A stretch of DNA of 64,000 bases, taken from assembly GCA_964016885.1 (NCBI GenBank), contig OZ024740.1:9114001-9178000 (forward strand), in the 5' to 3' direction. The stretch is from Eledone cirrhosa. Taxonomy: Eukaryota. Every line of letters begins with the position of its first letter. Within the stretch, counting starts at the first letter, position 1. Positions 27,001-39,809 of this stretch are shown piece after piece. The position numbers were made by a program, and so were the translations under genes. The notes beneath the pieces are model-generated. The model saw only the letters and a program-made list of their open reading frames with translations. It was not told the DNA's origin and ran no database searches.

Positions 27001-29020
27001 GATTGGTATGTCAGTCTCTATTGGTATGTCAGTTTCGATTAGTATATCAGTTTCTATTGGTATGTCAGTCTCTATTGGTATATCCGTTTCGATTGGTATG
27101 TCAGTTTCGATTGGTATGTCAGTTTCGATTGGTATATCAGTTTCTATTGGTTTATTAGTTTTGATTGGTATGTCAGTTTCGATTTGTATGTAAGTTTATA
27201 TTGGTATGTCAGTTTCGATTCGTATATTAGTTTCTATTGGTTTGTCAGTCTCCATTGGTATATCAGTTTCGATTGGTATGTCAGTTTCGATTAGTATATC
27301 AGTTCATATAGGTTTATCAGTTTCGATTGGTATATCAGTTTCTATTGGTATATCAGTTTTCATTGGTATGTCAGTTTCTATTATTATATCAGTTTCTCTT
27401 TGTATGTCAGTCTCTATTGGTATATCAGTTTCGATTGGTATGTCAGTTTCGATTGGTATATGAGTTTCGATTGGTATGTCAGTTTCGATTGGTATATCAG
27501 TTTCGATTAGTATATCATTTTCGATTGGTATATCAGTTTCTTTTGGTATGTTAGTCCTCGATTTGTATGTCAGTTTCTATTGGTAGATCAGTTTGATTGG
27601 TATCTCAGTTTCAATTAGTATATAAGTTTCTATTGGTATGTCAGTTTCTATTGGTATGTCAGTTTCTGTTAGTATATCAGTTTCAATTGGTATGTCAGTC
27701 TCTATTGTTATATCCGTTTCGATTGGTATGTCAGTTTCGATTGGTATGTCAGTTTCGATTGGTATATCAGTTTCTATTGGTTTATCAGTTTTGATTGGTA
27801 TGTCAGTTTCGATTTGTATGTCAGTTTCTATTGGTTTGTCAGTCTCCATTGTTATATCAGTTTCGATTGGTATGTCAGTTTCTATTAGTATATCAGTTCA
27901 TATAGGTATGTCAGTTTCGATTGGTTTATCAGTTTCGATTGCTATGTCAGTTTAGATTGGTATATCAGTTTCTATTGGTATATCAGTTTCTATTGGTATG
28001 TCAGTTTCTATTGGTATATAAGTTTCGATTGGTATGTCAGTTTCTATTGGTATGTCAGTTTCGATTGGTATGTCAGTTTCGATTGGTATATCAGATTCGA
28101 CTGGTATATCACTTTCTATTGCTATATCAGTTGCAATTGGTATATCAGTTTCTATTGGTATTTCAGTTTCGATTGGTATGTCAGTTTCTATTGGTATGTC
28201 AGTGTCTATTGGTATATCAGTTTCTATTGGTATATCAGTTTCGATTGGTATGTCAGTTTCTATTGGTATGTCAGTTTCTATTAGTATATCAGTTTCTATT
28301 GGTATGTCAGTCTCTATTGTTATATCCATTTCGATTGGTATGTCAGTTTCTATTGGTATATCAGTTTCGATTGGTATGTCAGTTTTGATTGGTATATCAG
28401 TTTCTATTGGTATATCAGTTTCGATTGGTATGTAAGTTTCGATTTGTATGTCAGTTTCTATTGGTATGTCAGTTTCGATTAGTATATCACTTTCTATTGG
28501 TTTGTCAGTCTCCATTGGTATATCAGTTTCGATTGGTATGTCAGTTTCGATTGGTATATCAGTTTCGATTGGTATGTCACTTTCGATCGGTATATCAGTT
28601 TCTATTTGTATATCAGTTTCGATTAGTATGTCAGTCTGTATTGGTATGTCAGTTTCGATTAGTATATCAGTTTCTATTGGTATGTCAGTCTCTCTTGGTA
28701 TGTCAGTTTCGATTAGTATATCAGTTTCTATTGGTATATCAGTTTCGATTGGTATGTCAGTTTCTATTGGTATGTCAGATTCTATTGGTATATCAGTTTT
28801 GATTGGTATGTCAGTTTCGATTAGTACATCAGTTTCTATTGGTATATCAGTTTCGATTGGTATGTCACTTTCGATTGTTATGTCAGTTTCTATTGGTATG
28901 TCAGTTTCGATTGGTATATCAGTTTCGATTAGTATGTCAGTTTCTATTGGTATATCGGTTTCCATTGGTAGATCAGTTTCGATTGGTATGTCAGTTTCGA
29001 TTGGTATATCAGTTTCGATT
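15060..29020 (+). repeat. 6303-bp higher-order tandem duplication; the second copy carries a nested ~1.4-kb duplication
   Basis: ORF-track pairs at constant offset 6303 (15112/21415, 16475/22778, 19913/26216), nested offset 1422 (25545/26967, 26216/27638), then 7617 (20417/28034). Confidence 0.9.
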
Positions 29021-29366
29021 GATATAGCAGTTTGGATTAATATGTCAGTTTCTATTGGTATATCAGTTTCGATTACTATATCAGGTTCTATTGGTATGTC
29101 AGTTTTATTGGTATGTCAATTTTGATTGGTATATTAGTTTCGGTTGGTATGTCAGTTTCGATTGGTATGTCAGTTTCTATTGGTATAACAGTTTCGATTG
29201 GTATGTCAGTTTCTACTGGTATGTCAGTTTCAATTAGTATATCAGTTTCTATTGGTATGTCAGTTTCCATTGGTATGTCAGTTTCTATTGGTATATGAGT
29301 TTCGATTGATATATCAGTTTCGATTTTTATGTTAGTTTCTATTGGTATATCAGTTTCGATTGGTAT

Positions 29367-30159
29367 GGCAAAGCATAAACGAACTAAGGAAAAAATTAGA
29401 AATAAGAGGGATCAGATGTTGTTTACTCGAGAGAAGGCTACGTTGGTATGGTCACATGATGCGCATGAAATACGACAGCTGTATAGCAAAGTGGAGGGCA
29501 ATAAAGTTAGACGGTAGCCACGGAGTAGGCAGACCCAGAAAAACCTGGGACGAGCTGATAAATTCCGACCTTACACACTTACTCCTCTCCAAGACAATGT
29601 CACTGGACCGAGACCTTTGGCAGTACTCAGTAATAGAGAAGACCCGCCTTACCTAAATACAAAGTAAAACCTACTACAGTCAGTAGGCATGTCTAACAAA
29701 ATACACCCCCGTCCCACCACCACCACCCCATCCACACCACCTCTTTCAATGTAAAATTATATTGGTGCCACAAAATCCAGGCCGAAACAAATGAGATCGT
29801 GTAGGTGTCACGACAAAAAAACACACAGTCCACGCTGTAATGTGTCCTTGTAGGCAACACGGTAAAAAACCTCTCAGTCCCACACTGTAAATGTGGTTGG
29901 TGTTAGGAAGGGCATCCAGCTGTAGAAAACCCGCCAGACAGTCCACGCTGTAATGTGGCCATGTAGGCAACACGGTAAAAACCTCTCAACCCCACACTGT
30001 AAATGTGGTATGTGTTAGGAAGGGCATCCAACTGTAGAAAACCTGCCAGACAGTCCTATGCGAGAAAAACAACCACCCTTGCCTCAAGTGGGAAAACTCC
30101 CGTCCAACCCATGCAAGCATGGAACATGGACGTTAAACGATGATGATGATGATGATGAT
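29367..30159 (+). mobile_element. E4: short 5'-truncated copy, (GAT)7
   Basis: Junction ATTGGTAT|GGCAAAGC; stop 29656; tail 30139-30159. Confidence 0.92.
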
Positions 30160-31164
30160 GTCAGTTTCGATTAGTAAATCAGTTTCTATTTGTATGTCAG
30201 TTTCTATTGGAATATCAGTTTCGATTGGTATATCAGTTTCGATTAGTATATCAGTTTCGATTGGTATATCAGTTTAGATTGGTATGTCAGTTTCTATTAT
30301 TATGTCAGTTTCTATTGGTATGTCACTTTCAATTGGTATATCAGTTTCGATTGGTATGTCAGTTTTATTGGTATGTCAGTTTCGATTGGTATATCAGTTT
30401 CTGTTGGTATGTCAGTTTTGATTAGTATATCAGTTTCTATTGGTATGTCTGTTTCGATTGGTATATCAGTTTCTATTTGTATGTCAGTTTCGATTTGTAT
30501 GCCAGTTTCCATTGGTATATCAGTTTCGATTTGTATGTCAGTTTAGATTGGTATATCAGTTTCGAATGGTATGTCAGTTTCGATTGGTATGTCAGTTTCT
30601 ATTTGTATGTCAGTTTCAATTGGTATGTCAGTTTCTGTTGGTATATCAGTTTCGATTGGTATGTTAGTTTCTATTGGTGTGTCAGTTTTGATTAGTATAT
30701 CAGTTTCTATTGGTATGTCACTTTCGATTGGTATGTCAGTTTAGATTGATATGTCAGTTTCTATTGATATATCAGTTCCGTTTGGTATATCAGTTTCTAT
30801 TGGTATATCAGTTTCGATTGGTTTGTCAGTTTCGATTAGTATATCAGTTTCTATTGGTATGTGAGTTTCTACTCGTATATCAGTTTCTATTGGTATATCA
30901 TTTTCGATTTGTATGTCAGTTTAGATTGGTATATCAGTTTCGAATGGTATGTCACTTTCGATTGGTATGTCAGTTTAGAATAGTATATCAGATTCGATTA
31001 GTATGTCAGTTTCTATTGGTATATCAGTTTCCATTGGTATATCAATCTCGATTGGTATGTCAGTTTCGATTGGTATGTCAGTTTCGTTTGATATATCAGT
31101 TTTGAATGGTATGTCAGCCTTGATTGGTATGTCCGTTTCGATTTGCATATCAGTTTCGATTTGT
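30160..31164 (+). repeat. 18-bp satellite spacer (1005 bp), duplicated at 32609-33685
   Basis: Same variant order as 32609-33685, which has 72 bp (4 monomers) more. Confidence 0.9.
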
Positions 31165-32608
31165 ACGCTCATAGCTGAATCAATGGCCGAGCTAGAGAAG
31201 AAATTCCAAACATGGAAGCACGGCCTAGAATCAAAAGGCCTTAAAATTAACCTGGCTAAGACTAAAGTTCTAGTTTGTAAGAAAGAAAATAAGGCGGCGG
31301 TCCCCTCCGGGAAGTGGCCATGCTCAGTGTGTAGGAAAGGCGTAGGTAGAAACTCCATCTTGTGTCCCAAATGCAAAGTATGGGTGCATAAAAGATGTAG
31401 TGGGATCACAGGTAAGCTAACTAAGAACATAGATTTTACATGTGGCCGGTGTTCTGGGGCAATAAGTAGCAGCAAGTGCCCATAAATACTAGCTCTTTCA
31501 ACTGCGCAGAGGGTTCTATAGAAATAGTGGACAGCTTCCGTTACCTGGGTGACAAAATCAGCAGTGGGGGAGGGTGCTCTGAAAGTATAGTAGCTAGAGT
31601 CAGAACTGGATGGAAAAAGTTTAGAGAGATTATACCGCTATTAGCCGCTAAAGGGTTCTCCCTAAAAATGAAAGGCAAATTGTACGATGCCTGCATACAA
31701 ACAACAATGTTGCATGGCAGTGAGACCTGGGCATTGTGTGCAGAGGATATACGCAGACTAGAGAGAAACGAAGCTTGCATGCTCCACTGGATGTGTAATA
31801 GTAATATACGTGAACGGCAAAGCATAAACGAACTAAGGAAAAAATTAGAAATAAGGGGGATCAGATGTTGTTTACTCGAGAGAAGGCTACGTTGGTATGG
31901 TCACATGATGCGCATGAAATACGACAGCTGTATAGCAAAGTGGAGGGCAATAAAGTTAGACGGTAGCCACGGAGTAGGCAGACCCAGAAAAACCTGGGAC
32001 GAGCTGATAAATTCCGACCTTACACACTTAATCCTCTCCAAGACAATGTCACTGGACCGAGACCTTTGGCAGTACTCAGTAATAGAGAAGACCCGCCTTA
32101 CCTAAATACAAAGTAAAACCTACTACAGTCAGTAGGCATGTCTAACAAAATACACCCCCGTCCCACCACCACCACCCCATCCACACCACCTCTTTCAATG
32201 TAAAATTATATTGGTGCCACAAAATCCAGGCCGAAACAAATGAGATCGTGTAGGTGTCACGACAAAAAAACACACAGTCCACGCTGTAATGTGTCCGTGT
32301 AGGCAACACGGTAAAAAACCTCTCAGTCCCACACTGTAAATGTGGTTGGTGTTAGGAAGGGCATCCAGCTGTAGAAAACCCGCCAGACAGTCCACGCTGT
32401 AATGTGGCCATGTAGGCAACACGGTAAAAACCTCTCAACCCCACACTGTAAATGTGGTATGTGTTAGGAAGGGCATCCAACTGTAGAAAACCTGCCAGAC
32501 AGTCCTATGCGAGAAAAACAACCACCCTTGCCTCAAGTGGGAAAACTCCCGTCCAACCCATGCAAGCATGGAACATGGACGTTAAACGATGATGATGATG
32601 ATGATGAT
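31165..32608 (+). mobile_element. E5: 5'-truncated, frameshifted copy, (GAT)7; 5' junction of E6 with 3' end and flank of E4
   Basis: Starts just after YADD (TLIAES); stop plus 1-bp deletion at 31483-31485 (CCCATAAATACT vs CCCACAAAATACT in E1); stop 32105; tail 32588-32608. Confidence 0.92.
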
Positions 32609-33685
32609 GTCAGTTTCGATTAGTAAATCAGTTTCTATTTGTATGTCAGTTTCTATTGGAATATCAGTTTCGATTGGTATATCAGTTTCGATTAGTATAT
32701 CAGTTTCGATTGGTATATCAGTTTAGATTGGTATGTCAGTTTCTATTATTATGTCAGTTTCTATTGGTATGTCACTTTCAATTGGTATATCAGTTTCGAT
32801 TGGTATGTCAGTTTTATTGGTATGTCAGTTTCGATTGGTATATCAGTTTCTGTTGGTATGTCAGTTTTGATTAGTATATCAGTTTCTATTGATATGTCTG
32901 TTTCGATTGGTATATCAGTTTCTATTTGTATGTCAGTTTCGATTTGTATGCCAGTTTCCATTGGTATATCAGTTTCGATTTGTATGTCAGTTTAGATTGG
33001 TATATCAGTTTCGAATGGTATGTCAGTTTCGATTGGTATGTCAGTTTCTATTTGTATGTCAGTTTCAATTGGTATGTCAGTTTCTGTTGGTATATCAGTT
33101 TCGATTGGTATGTTAGTTTCTATTGGTGTGTCAGTTTTGATTAGTATATCAGTTTCTATTGGTATGTCACTTTCGATTGGTATGTCAGTTTAGATTGATA
33201 TGTCAGTTTCTATTGATATATCAGATCCGTTTGGTATATCAGTTTCTATTGGTATATCAGTTCCGATTGGTTTGTCAGTTTCGATTAGTATATCAGTTTC
33301 TATTGGTATGTGAGTTTCTACTCGTATATCAGTTTCTATTGGTATATCAGTTTCGATTGCTATGTCAGTTACGATTGGTATGTCAATTTCGATTGGTATG
33401 TCAGTTTCGATTTTTATATCATTTTCGATTTGTATGTCAGTTTAGATTGGTATATCAGTTTCGAATGGTATGTCAGTTTCGATTGGTATGTCAGTTTAGA
33501 ATAGTATATCAGATTCGATTAGTATGTCAGTTTCTATTGGTATATCAGTTTCCATTGATATATCAATCTCGATTGGTATGTCAGTTTCGATTGGTATGTC
33601 AGTTTCGTTTGATATATCAGTTTTGAATGGTATGTCAGCCTTGATTGGTATGTCCGTTTCGATTTGCATATCAGTTTCGTTTTGT
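32609..33685 (+). repeat. 18-bp satellite spacer (1077 bp)
   Basis: Direct reading; paralog of 30160-31164. Confidence 0.9.
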
Positions 33686-35070
33686 ACGCTCATAGCTGAA
33701 TCAATGGCCGAGCTAGAGAAGAAATTCCAAACATGGAAGCACGGCCTAGAATCAAAAGGCCTTAAAATTAACCTGGCTAAGACTAAAGTTCTAGTTTGTA
33801 AGAAAGAAAATAAGGTGGCGGTCCCCTCCGGGAAGTGGCCATGCTCAGTGTGTAGGAAAGGCGTAGGTAGAAACTCCATCTTGTGTCCCAAATGCAAAGT
33901 ATGGGTGCATAAAAGATGTAGTGGGATCACAGGTAAGCTAACTAAGAACATAGATTTTACATGTGGCCGTTGTTCTGGGGCAATAAGTAGCAGCAAGTGC
34001 CCATAAATACTAGCTCTTTCAACTGCGCAGAGGGTTCTATAGAAATAGTGGACAGCTTCCGTTACCTGGGTGACAAAATCAGCAGTGGGGGAGGGTGCTC
34101 TTATACCGCTATTAGCCGCTAAAGGGTTCTCCCTAAAAATGAAAGGCAGATTGTACGATGCCTGCATACAAACAACAATGTTGCATGGCAGTGAGACCTG
34201 GGCATTGTGTGCAGAGGATATACGCAGACTAGAGAGAAACGAAGCTTGCATGCTCCGCTGGATGTGTAATAGTAATATACGTGAACGGCAAAGCATAAAC
34301 GAACTAAGGAAAAAATTAGAAATAAGGGGGATCAGATGTTGTTTACTCGAGAGAAGGCTACGTTGGTATGGTCACGTGATGCGCATGAAAGACGACAGCT
34401 GTATAACAAAGTGCAGGGCAATAAAGATAGACGGTAACTACGGTGTAGGCAGACCCAGAAAAACCTGGGACGAGCTGATAAATTCCGACCTCACACAATT
34501 ACACCTCTCCAAGACAATGTCACTGGACCAAGACCTTTGGCGGTACTCAGTAATAGAGAAGACCCGCCTTACCTAAATACAAAGTAAAACATACTACAGT
34601 CAGTAGGCATCTCTAATAAAATACACCCCCGTCCCACCACCCCGACCCCATCCACACCGCCCCTTTCAATGTAAAGTTATGTTGGTGCCACAACATCCAG
34701 GCCGAAACAAATGAGATCGTGTAGGTGTCACGACAAAAAAACACACTGTCCACGCTGTAATGTGGCCGTGTAGACAACACGGTAAAAACCTCCCAGTCAC
34801 ACGCTGTAAATGTGGTTGGTGTTAGGAAGGGCATCCAGCTGTAGAAAACCCGCCAGACAGTCCACGCTGTAATGTGGCCGTGTAGGCAACACGGTAAAAA
34901 CCTCCCAGTCCCACACTGTAAATGTGGTTGGTGTTAGGAAGGGCATCCAGCTGTAGAAAACCCGCCAGACAGTCCTATGCGAGCAAGACAATCACTCTTG
35001 CCTCAAGTGGGAAAACCCCCGTCCAAACCCATGCAAGCGTGCAACAGGAACGTTAAACGATGATGATGAT
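33686..35070 (+). mobile_element. E6: 5'-truncated, frameshifted copy with 50-bp internal deletion, (GAT)4
   Basis: Same start and stop/frameshift as E5 (34004-34006); lacks the segment equal to 31581-31630 at 34101/34102; stop 34576; tail 35059-35070. Confidence 0.92.
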
Positions 35071-35736
35071 ATCAGTTTCCATTGGTATATCAGTTTCGAT
35101 TGGTATGTTAGTTTCTATTGGTATGACAGTTTCGACTAGTATATCAGTTTCTATTGGTATGTCAGTTTCGATTGGTATGTCAGTTTCTATTGGTATATCA
35201 GTTTCGATTGGTATGTCAGTTTTGATTGGCATGTCAGTTTCGATTGGTATGTCAGTTTCGATTGGTATGTCAGTTTCGATTGGTATATCAGTTTCGACTA
35301 GCATGTCAGTTTCTATTGGTATATCGGTTTCCATTGGTATATCAGTTTTGATTGGTATGTCAGTTTCTATTGGTATATCAGTCTCTATTGGTATGTCAGT
35401 TTTGATTTGTATGTCAGATTCTATTGGTATATCAGTTTCGATTGGTATATCAGTTTCTATTGGTACATCAGTTCCGATTGGTATATCAGTTTCGATTGGT
35501 ATGTCAGTTTCTATTATTATATCAGTTTCTATTGGTATGCCAATTTCGATTGATATATCAGTTTCGATTAGTATGTCAGTTTCTATTGGTATGTCAGTTT
35601 CGATTAATATATCAGTTTCTATTAATATGTTAGTTTCTATTGGTATATCAGTTTCTATTGGTATGTCAGTTTCTATTGGTATATCAGTTTCGATTGGTAT
35701 ATCAGTTTTGATTAGTAAGTTTTGATTAGTCAGTTT

Positions 35737-35914
35737 TGCCCCACACTGTAAATGTGGTTGGTGTTAGGAAGGGCATCCAACTGTAGAAAACCCCCCAGAC
35801 AGTCCTATGCGAGCAAGACAACCACTCTTGCCTCAAGTGGGAAAACCCCCGTCCAAACCCATGCAAGCGTGGAACACGGACGCTAAACATGATGATGATG
35901 ATGATGATGATGAT
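35737..35914 (+). mobile_element. E7: ~178-bp 3'-UTR-only fragment, (GAT)8
   Basis: TGCCCCACACTGTAAATGTGG...GGACGCTAAACAT(GAT)8 matches the end of E1. Confidence 0.9.
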
Positions 35915-37580
35915 GTCAGTTTCATTGGTATGTCAGTTTCGATTGGTATATCAGTTTCGGTTGGTATGTCAGTTTCGATTGATATATCAGATTCGATTAG
36001 TATGTCAGTTTCTATTGGTATGTCAGTTTTATACGTATGTCAGTTTCGATTTTTATATCGGTTTCGGTTAGTATGTCAGTTTCGATTGGTATGTCAGTTT
36101 CTAATGGTATATCAGTTTCGATTGGTATGTTAGTTTCTATTGGTATGTCACTTTCGATTAGTATATTAGTTTCTATAGGTATATCATTTTCTATTGGTAT
36201 GTCACTTTCGATTGGTATGTCAGTTTCTATTGGTATATCAGATATGATTTGTATGTCAGTTTGGTATGTCAGTTTTGATTGGTATGTCACTTTCGATTGA
36301 TATATCAGTTTCGATTAGTATGTCAGTTTCTATTGATATGTCAGTTACGATTAGTATATCAGTTTCTATTGGTATGTCAGTTTCTATTGGTATATCAGTT
36401 TTGATTGGTATATCAGTTTCTATTGGTATGTCAGTTTCTATTGGTATGTCAGTTTCAATTGATATATCAGTTTTAATTGGTATGTTAATTTCGATTGGTA
36501 TGTCAGTTTCGATTGGTCTATCAGTTTCGATTTGTATGTCAGTTTCGATTGGTATATCAGTTTCGATTTATATGTCAGTTTCGATTGGTATGTCAGTTCC
36601 TATTGCTATATCAATTTCGATTGGTATATCAGTTTCGATTTATATGTCAGTTTCGATTGGTATGTCAGTTCCTATTGCTATATCAATTTCGATTGGTATA
36701 TCAGTTTCTATTGATATATCAGTTTCGATCGGTATGTCAGTTTCATTGGTATGTCAGTTTCGGTTGGTATATCAGTTTCTGTTGGTATGTCAGTTTCGAT
36801 TGTTATATCAGTTTCTATTGGTATATCAGTTTCGAATAGTATGTCAGTGTCTATTGGTATGTCAGTTTTGATTAGTATATCAGTTTCTATTGGTATGTCC
36901 GTTTCGATTGGTATGTTAGTCCTCGATTTGTTTGTAGGTTTCTATTGGCATATCAGTTTCGATTGGTATTTCAGTTTCGATTAGTAAATCAGTTTCTATT
37001 TGTTTGTCAGTTTCTATTGGTATATCAGTTTCGATTGGTATATCAGTTTCGATTGATATATCAGTTTCGATTAGTATGTAAGTTTCTATTGGTGTGTCAG
37101 TTTCGATTAGTATATCAGTTTCTATTATAATGTCAGTTTCTATTGGTATATCAGTTTCGATTGGTATGTTAGTCCTCGATTAGTATGTCAGTTTCTATTG
37201 GTATATCAATATCGATTGGTATGTCAGTTTCTGTTGGTATGTCAGTTTCTATTGGTATATCAGTTTCGATTGGTATATCAGTTTCTATTGGTATATCAGT
37301 TTTGATTGGTATGTCTGTTTCTATTATAATGTCAGTTTCTATTGGTATGTCAGTTTCAATTGGTATATCAGTTTCGATTGGTATGTCAGTTTAGAATAGT
37401 ATATCAGATTCGATTAGTATGTCAGTTTCTATTGGTATATCAGTTTCCATTGATATATCAATCTCGATTGGTATGTCAGTTTCGATTGGTATGTCAGTTT
37501 CGTTTGATATATCAGTTTTGAATGGTATGTCAGCCTTGATTGGTATGTCCGTTTCGATTTGCATATCAGTTTCGTTTTGT

Positions 37581-38965
37581 ACGCTCATAGCTGAATCAAT
37601 GGCCGAGCTAGAGAAGAAATTCCAAACATGGAAGCACGGCCTAGAATCAAAAGGCCTTAAAATTAACCTGGCTAAGACTAAAGTTCTAGTTTGTAAGAAA
37701 GAAAATAAGGTGGCGGTCCCCTCCGGGAAGTGGCCATGCTCAGTGTGTAGGAAAGGCGTAGGTAGAAACTCCATCTTGTGTCCCAAATGCAAAGTATGGG
37801 TGCATAAAAGATGTAGTGGGATCACAGGTAAGCTAACTAAGAACATAGATTTTACATGTGGCCGTTGTTCTGGGGCAATAAGTAGCAGCAAGTGCCCATA
37901 AATACTAGCTCTTTCAACTGCGCAGAGGGTTCTATAGAAATAGTGGACAGCTTCCGTTACCTGGGTGACAAAATCAGCAGTGGGGGAGGGTGCTCTTATA
38001 CCGCTATTAGCCGCTAAAGGGTTCTCCCTAAAAATGAAAGGCAGATTGTACGATGCCTGCATACAAACAACAATGTTGCATGGCAGTGAGACCTGGGCAT
38101 TGTGTGCAGAGGATATACGCAGACTAGAGAGAAACGAAGCTTGCATGCTCCGCTGGATGTGTAATAGTAATATACGTGAACGGCAAAGCATAAACGAACT
38201 AAGGAAAAAATTAGAAATAAGGGGGATCAGATGTTGTTTACTCGAGAGAAGGCTACGTTGGTATGGTCACGTGATGCGCATGAAAGACGACAGCTGTATA
38301 ACAAAGTGCAGGGCAATAAAGATAGACGGTAACTACGGTGTAGGCAGACCCAGAAAAACCTGGGACGAGCTGATAAATTCCGACCTCACACAATTACACC
38401 TCTCCAAGACAATGTCACTGGACCAAGACCTTTGGCGGTACTCAGTAATAGAGAAGACCCGCCTTACCTAAATACAAAGTAAAACATACTACAGTCAGTA
38501 GGCATCTCTAATAAAATACACCCCCGTCCCACCACCCCGACCCCATCCACACCGCCCCTTTCAATGTAAAGTTATGTTGGTGCCACAACATCCAGGCCGA
38601 AACAAATGAGATCGTGTAGGTGTCACGACAAAAAAACACACTGTCCACGCTGTAATGTGGCCGTGTAGACAACACGGTAAAAACCTCCCAGTCACACGCT
38701 GTAAATGTGGTTGGTGTTAGGAAGGGCATCCAGCTGTAGAAAACCCGCCAGACAGTCCACGCTGTAATGTGGCCGTGTAGGCAACACGGTAAAAACCTCC
38801 CAGTCCCACACTGTAAATGTGGTTGGTGTTAGGAAGGGCATCCAGCTGTAGAAAACCCGCCAGACAGTCCTATGCGAGCAAGACAATCACTCTTGCCTCA
38901 AGTGGGAAAACCCCCGTCCAAACCCATGCAAGCGTGCAACAGGAACGTTAAACGATGATGATGAT
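37581..38965 (+). mobile_element. E8: duplicate of E6
   Basis: Same junctions, frameshift, 50-bp deletion and (GAT)4; offset 3895. Confidence 0.92.
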
Positions 38966-39631
38966 ATCAGTTTCCATTGGTATATCAGTTTCGATTGGTA
39001 TGTTAGTTTCTATTGGTATGACAGTTTCGACTAGTATATCAGTTTCTATTGGTATGTCAGTTTCGATTGGTATGTCAGTTTCTATTGGTATATCAGTTTC
39101 GATTGGTATGTCAGTTTTGATTGGCATGTCAGTTTCGATTGGTATGTCAGTTTCGATTGGTATGTCAGTTTCGATTGGTATATCAGTTTCGACTAGCATG
39201 TCAGTTTCTATTGGTATATCGGTTTCCATTGGTATATCAGTTTTGATTGGTATGTCAGTTTCTATTGGTATATCAGTCTCTATTGGTATGTCAGTTTTGA
39301 TTTGTATGTCAGATTCTATTGGTATATCAGTTTCGATTGGTATATCAGTTTCTATTGGTACATCAGTTCCGATTGGTATATCAGTTTCGATTGGTATGTC
39401 AGTTTCTATTATTATATCAGTTTCTATTGGTATGCCAATTTCGATTGATATATCAGTTTCGATTAGTATGTCAGTTTCTATTGGTATGTCAGTTTCGATT
39501 AATATATCAGTTTCTATTAATATGTTAGTTTCTATTGGTATATCAGTTTCTATTGGTATGTCAGTTTCTATTGGTATATCAGTTTCGATTGGTATATCAG
39601 TTTTGATTAGTAAGTTTTGATTAGTCAGTTT

Positions 39632-39809
39632 TGCCCCACACTGTAAATGTGGTTGGTGTTAGGAAGGGCATCCAACTGTAGAAAACCCCCCAGACAGTCC
39701 TATGCGAGCAAGACAACCACTCTTGCCTCAAGTGGGAAAACCCCCGTCCAAACCCATGCAAGCGTGGAACACGGACGCTAAACATGATGATGATGATGAT
39801 GATGATGAT
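39632..39809 (+). mobile_element. E9: duplicate of E7
   Basis: Same sequence and flanks; offset 3895. Confidence 0.9.

Larger units (their letters stand above)
7292..29366 (+). repeat. Uninterrupted ~22-kb block of the 18-bp satellite
   Basis: Continuous monomers, no non-satellite sequence seen. Confidence 0.98.

Noticed and set aside
7292-29366. CENP-B box similarity of TTTCGATTGG
   Set aside because: Only TTCG matches; the required downstream CGGG of the 17-bp box is absent
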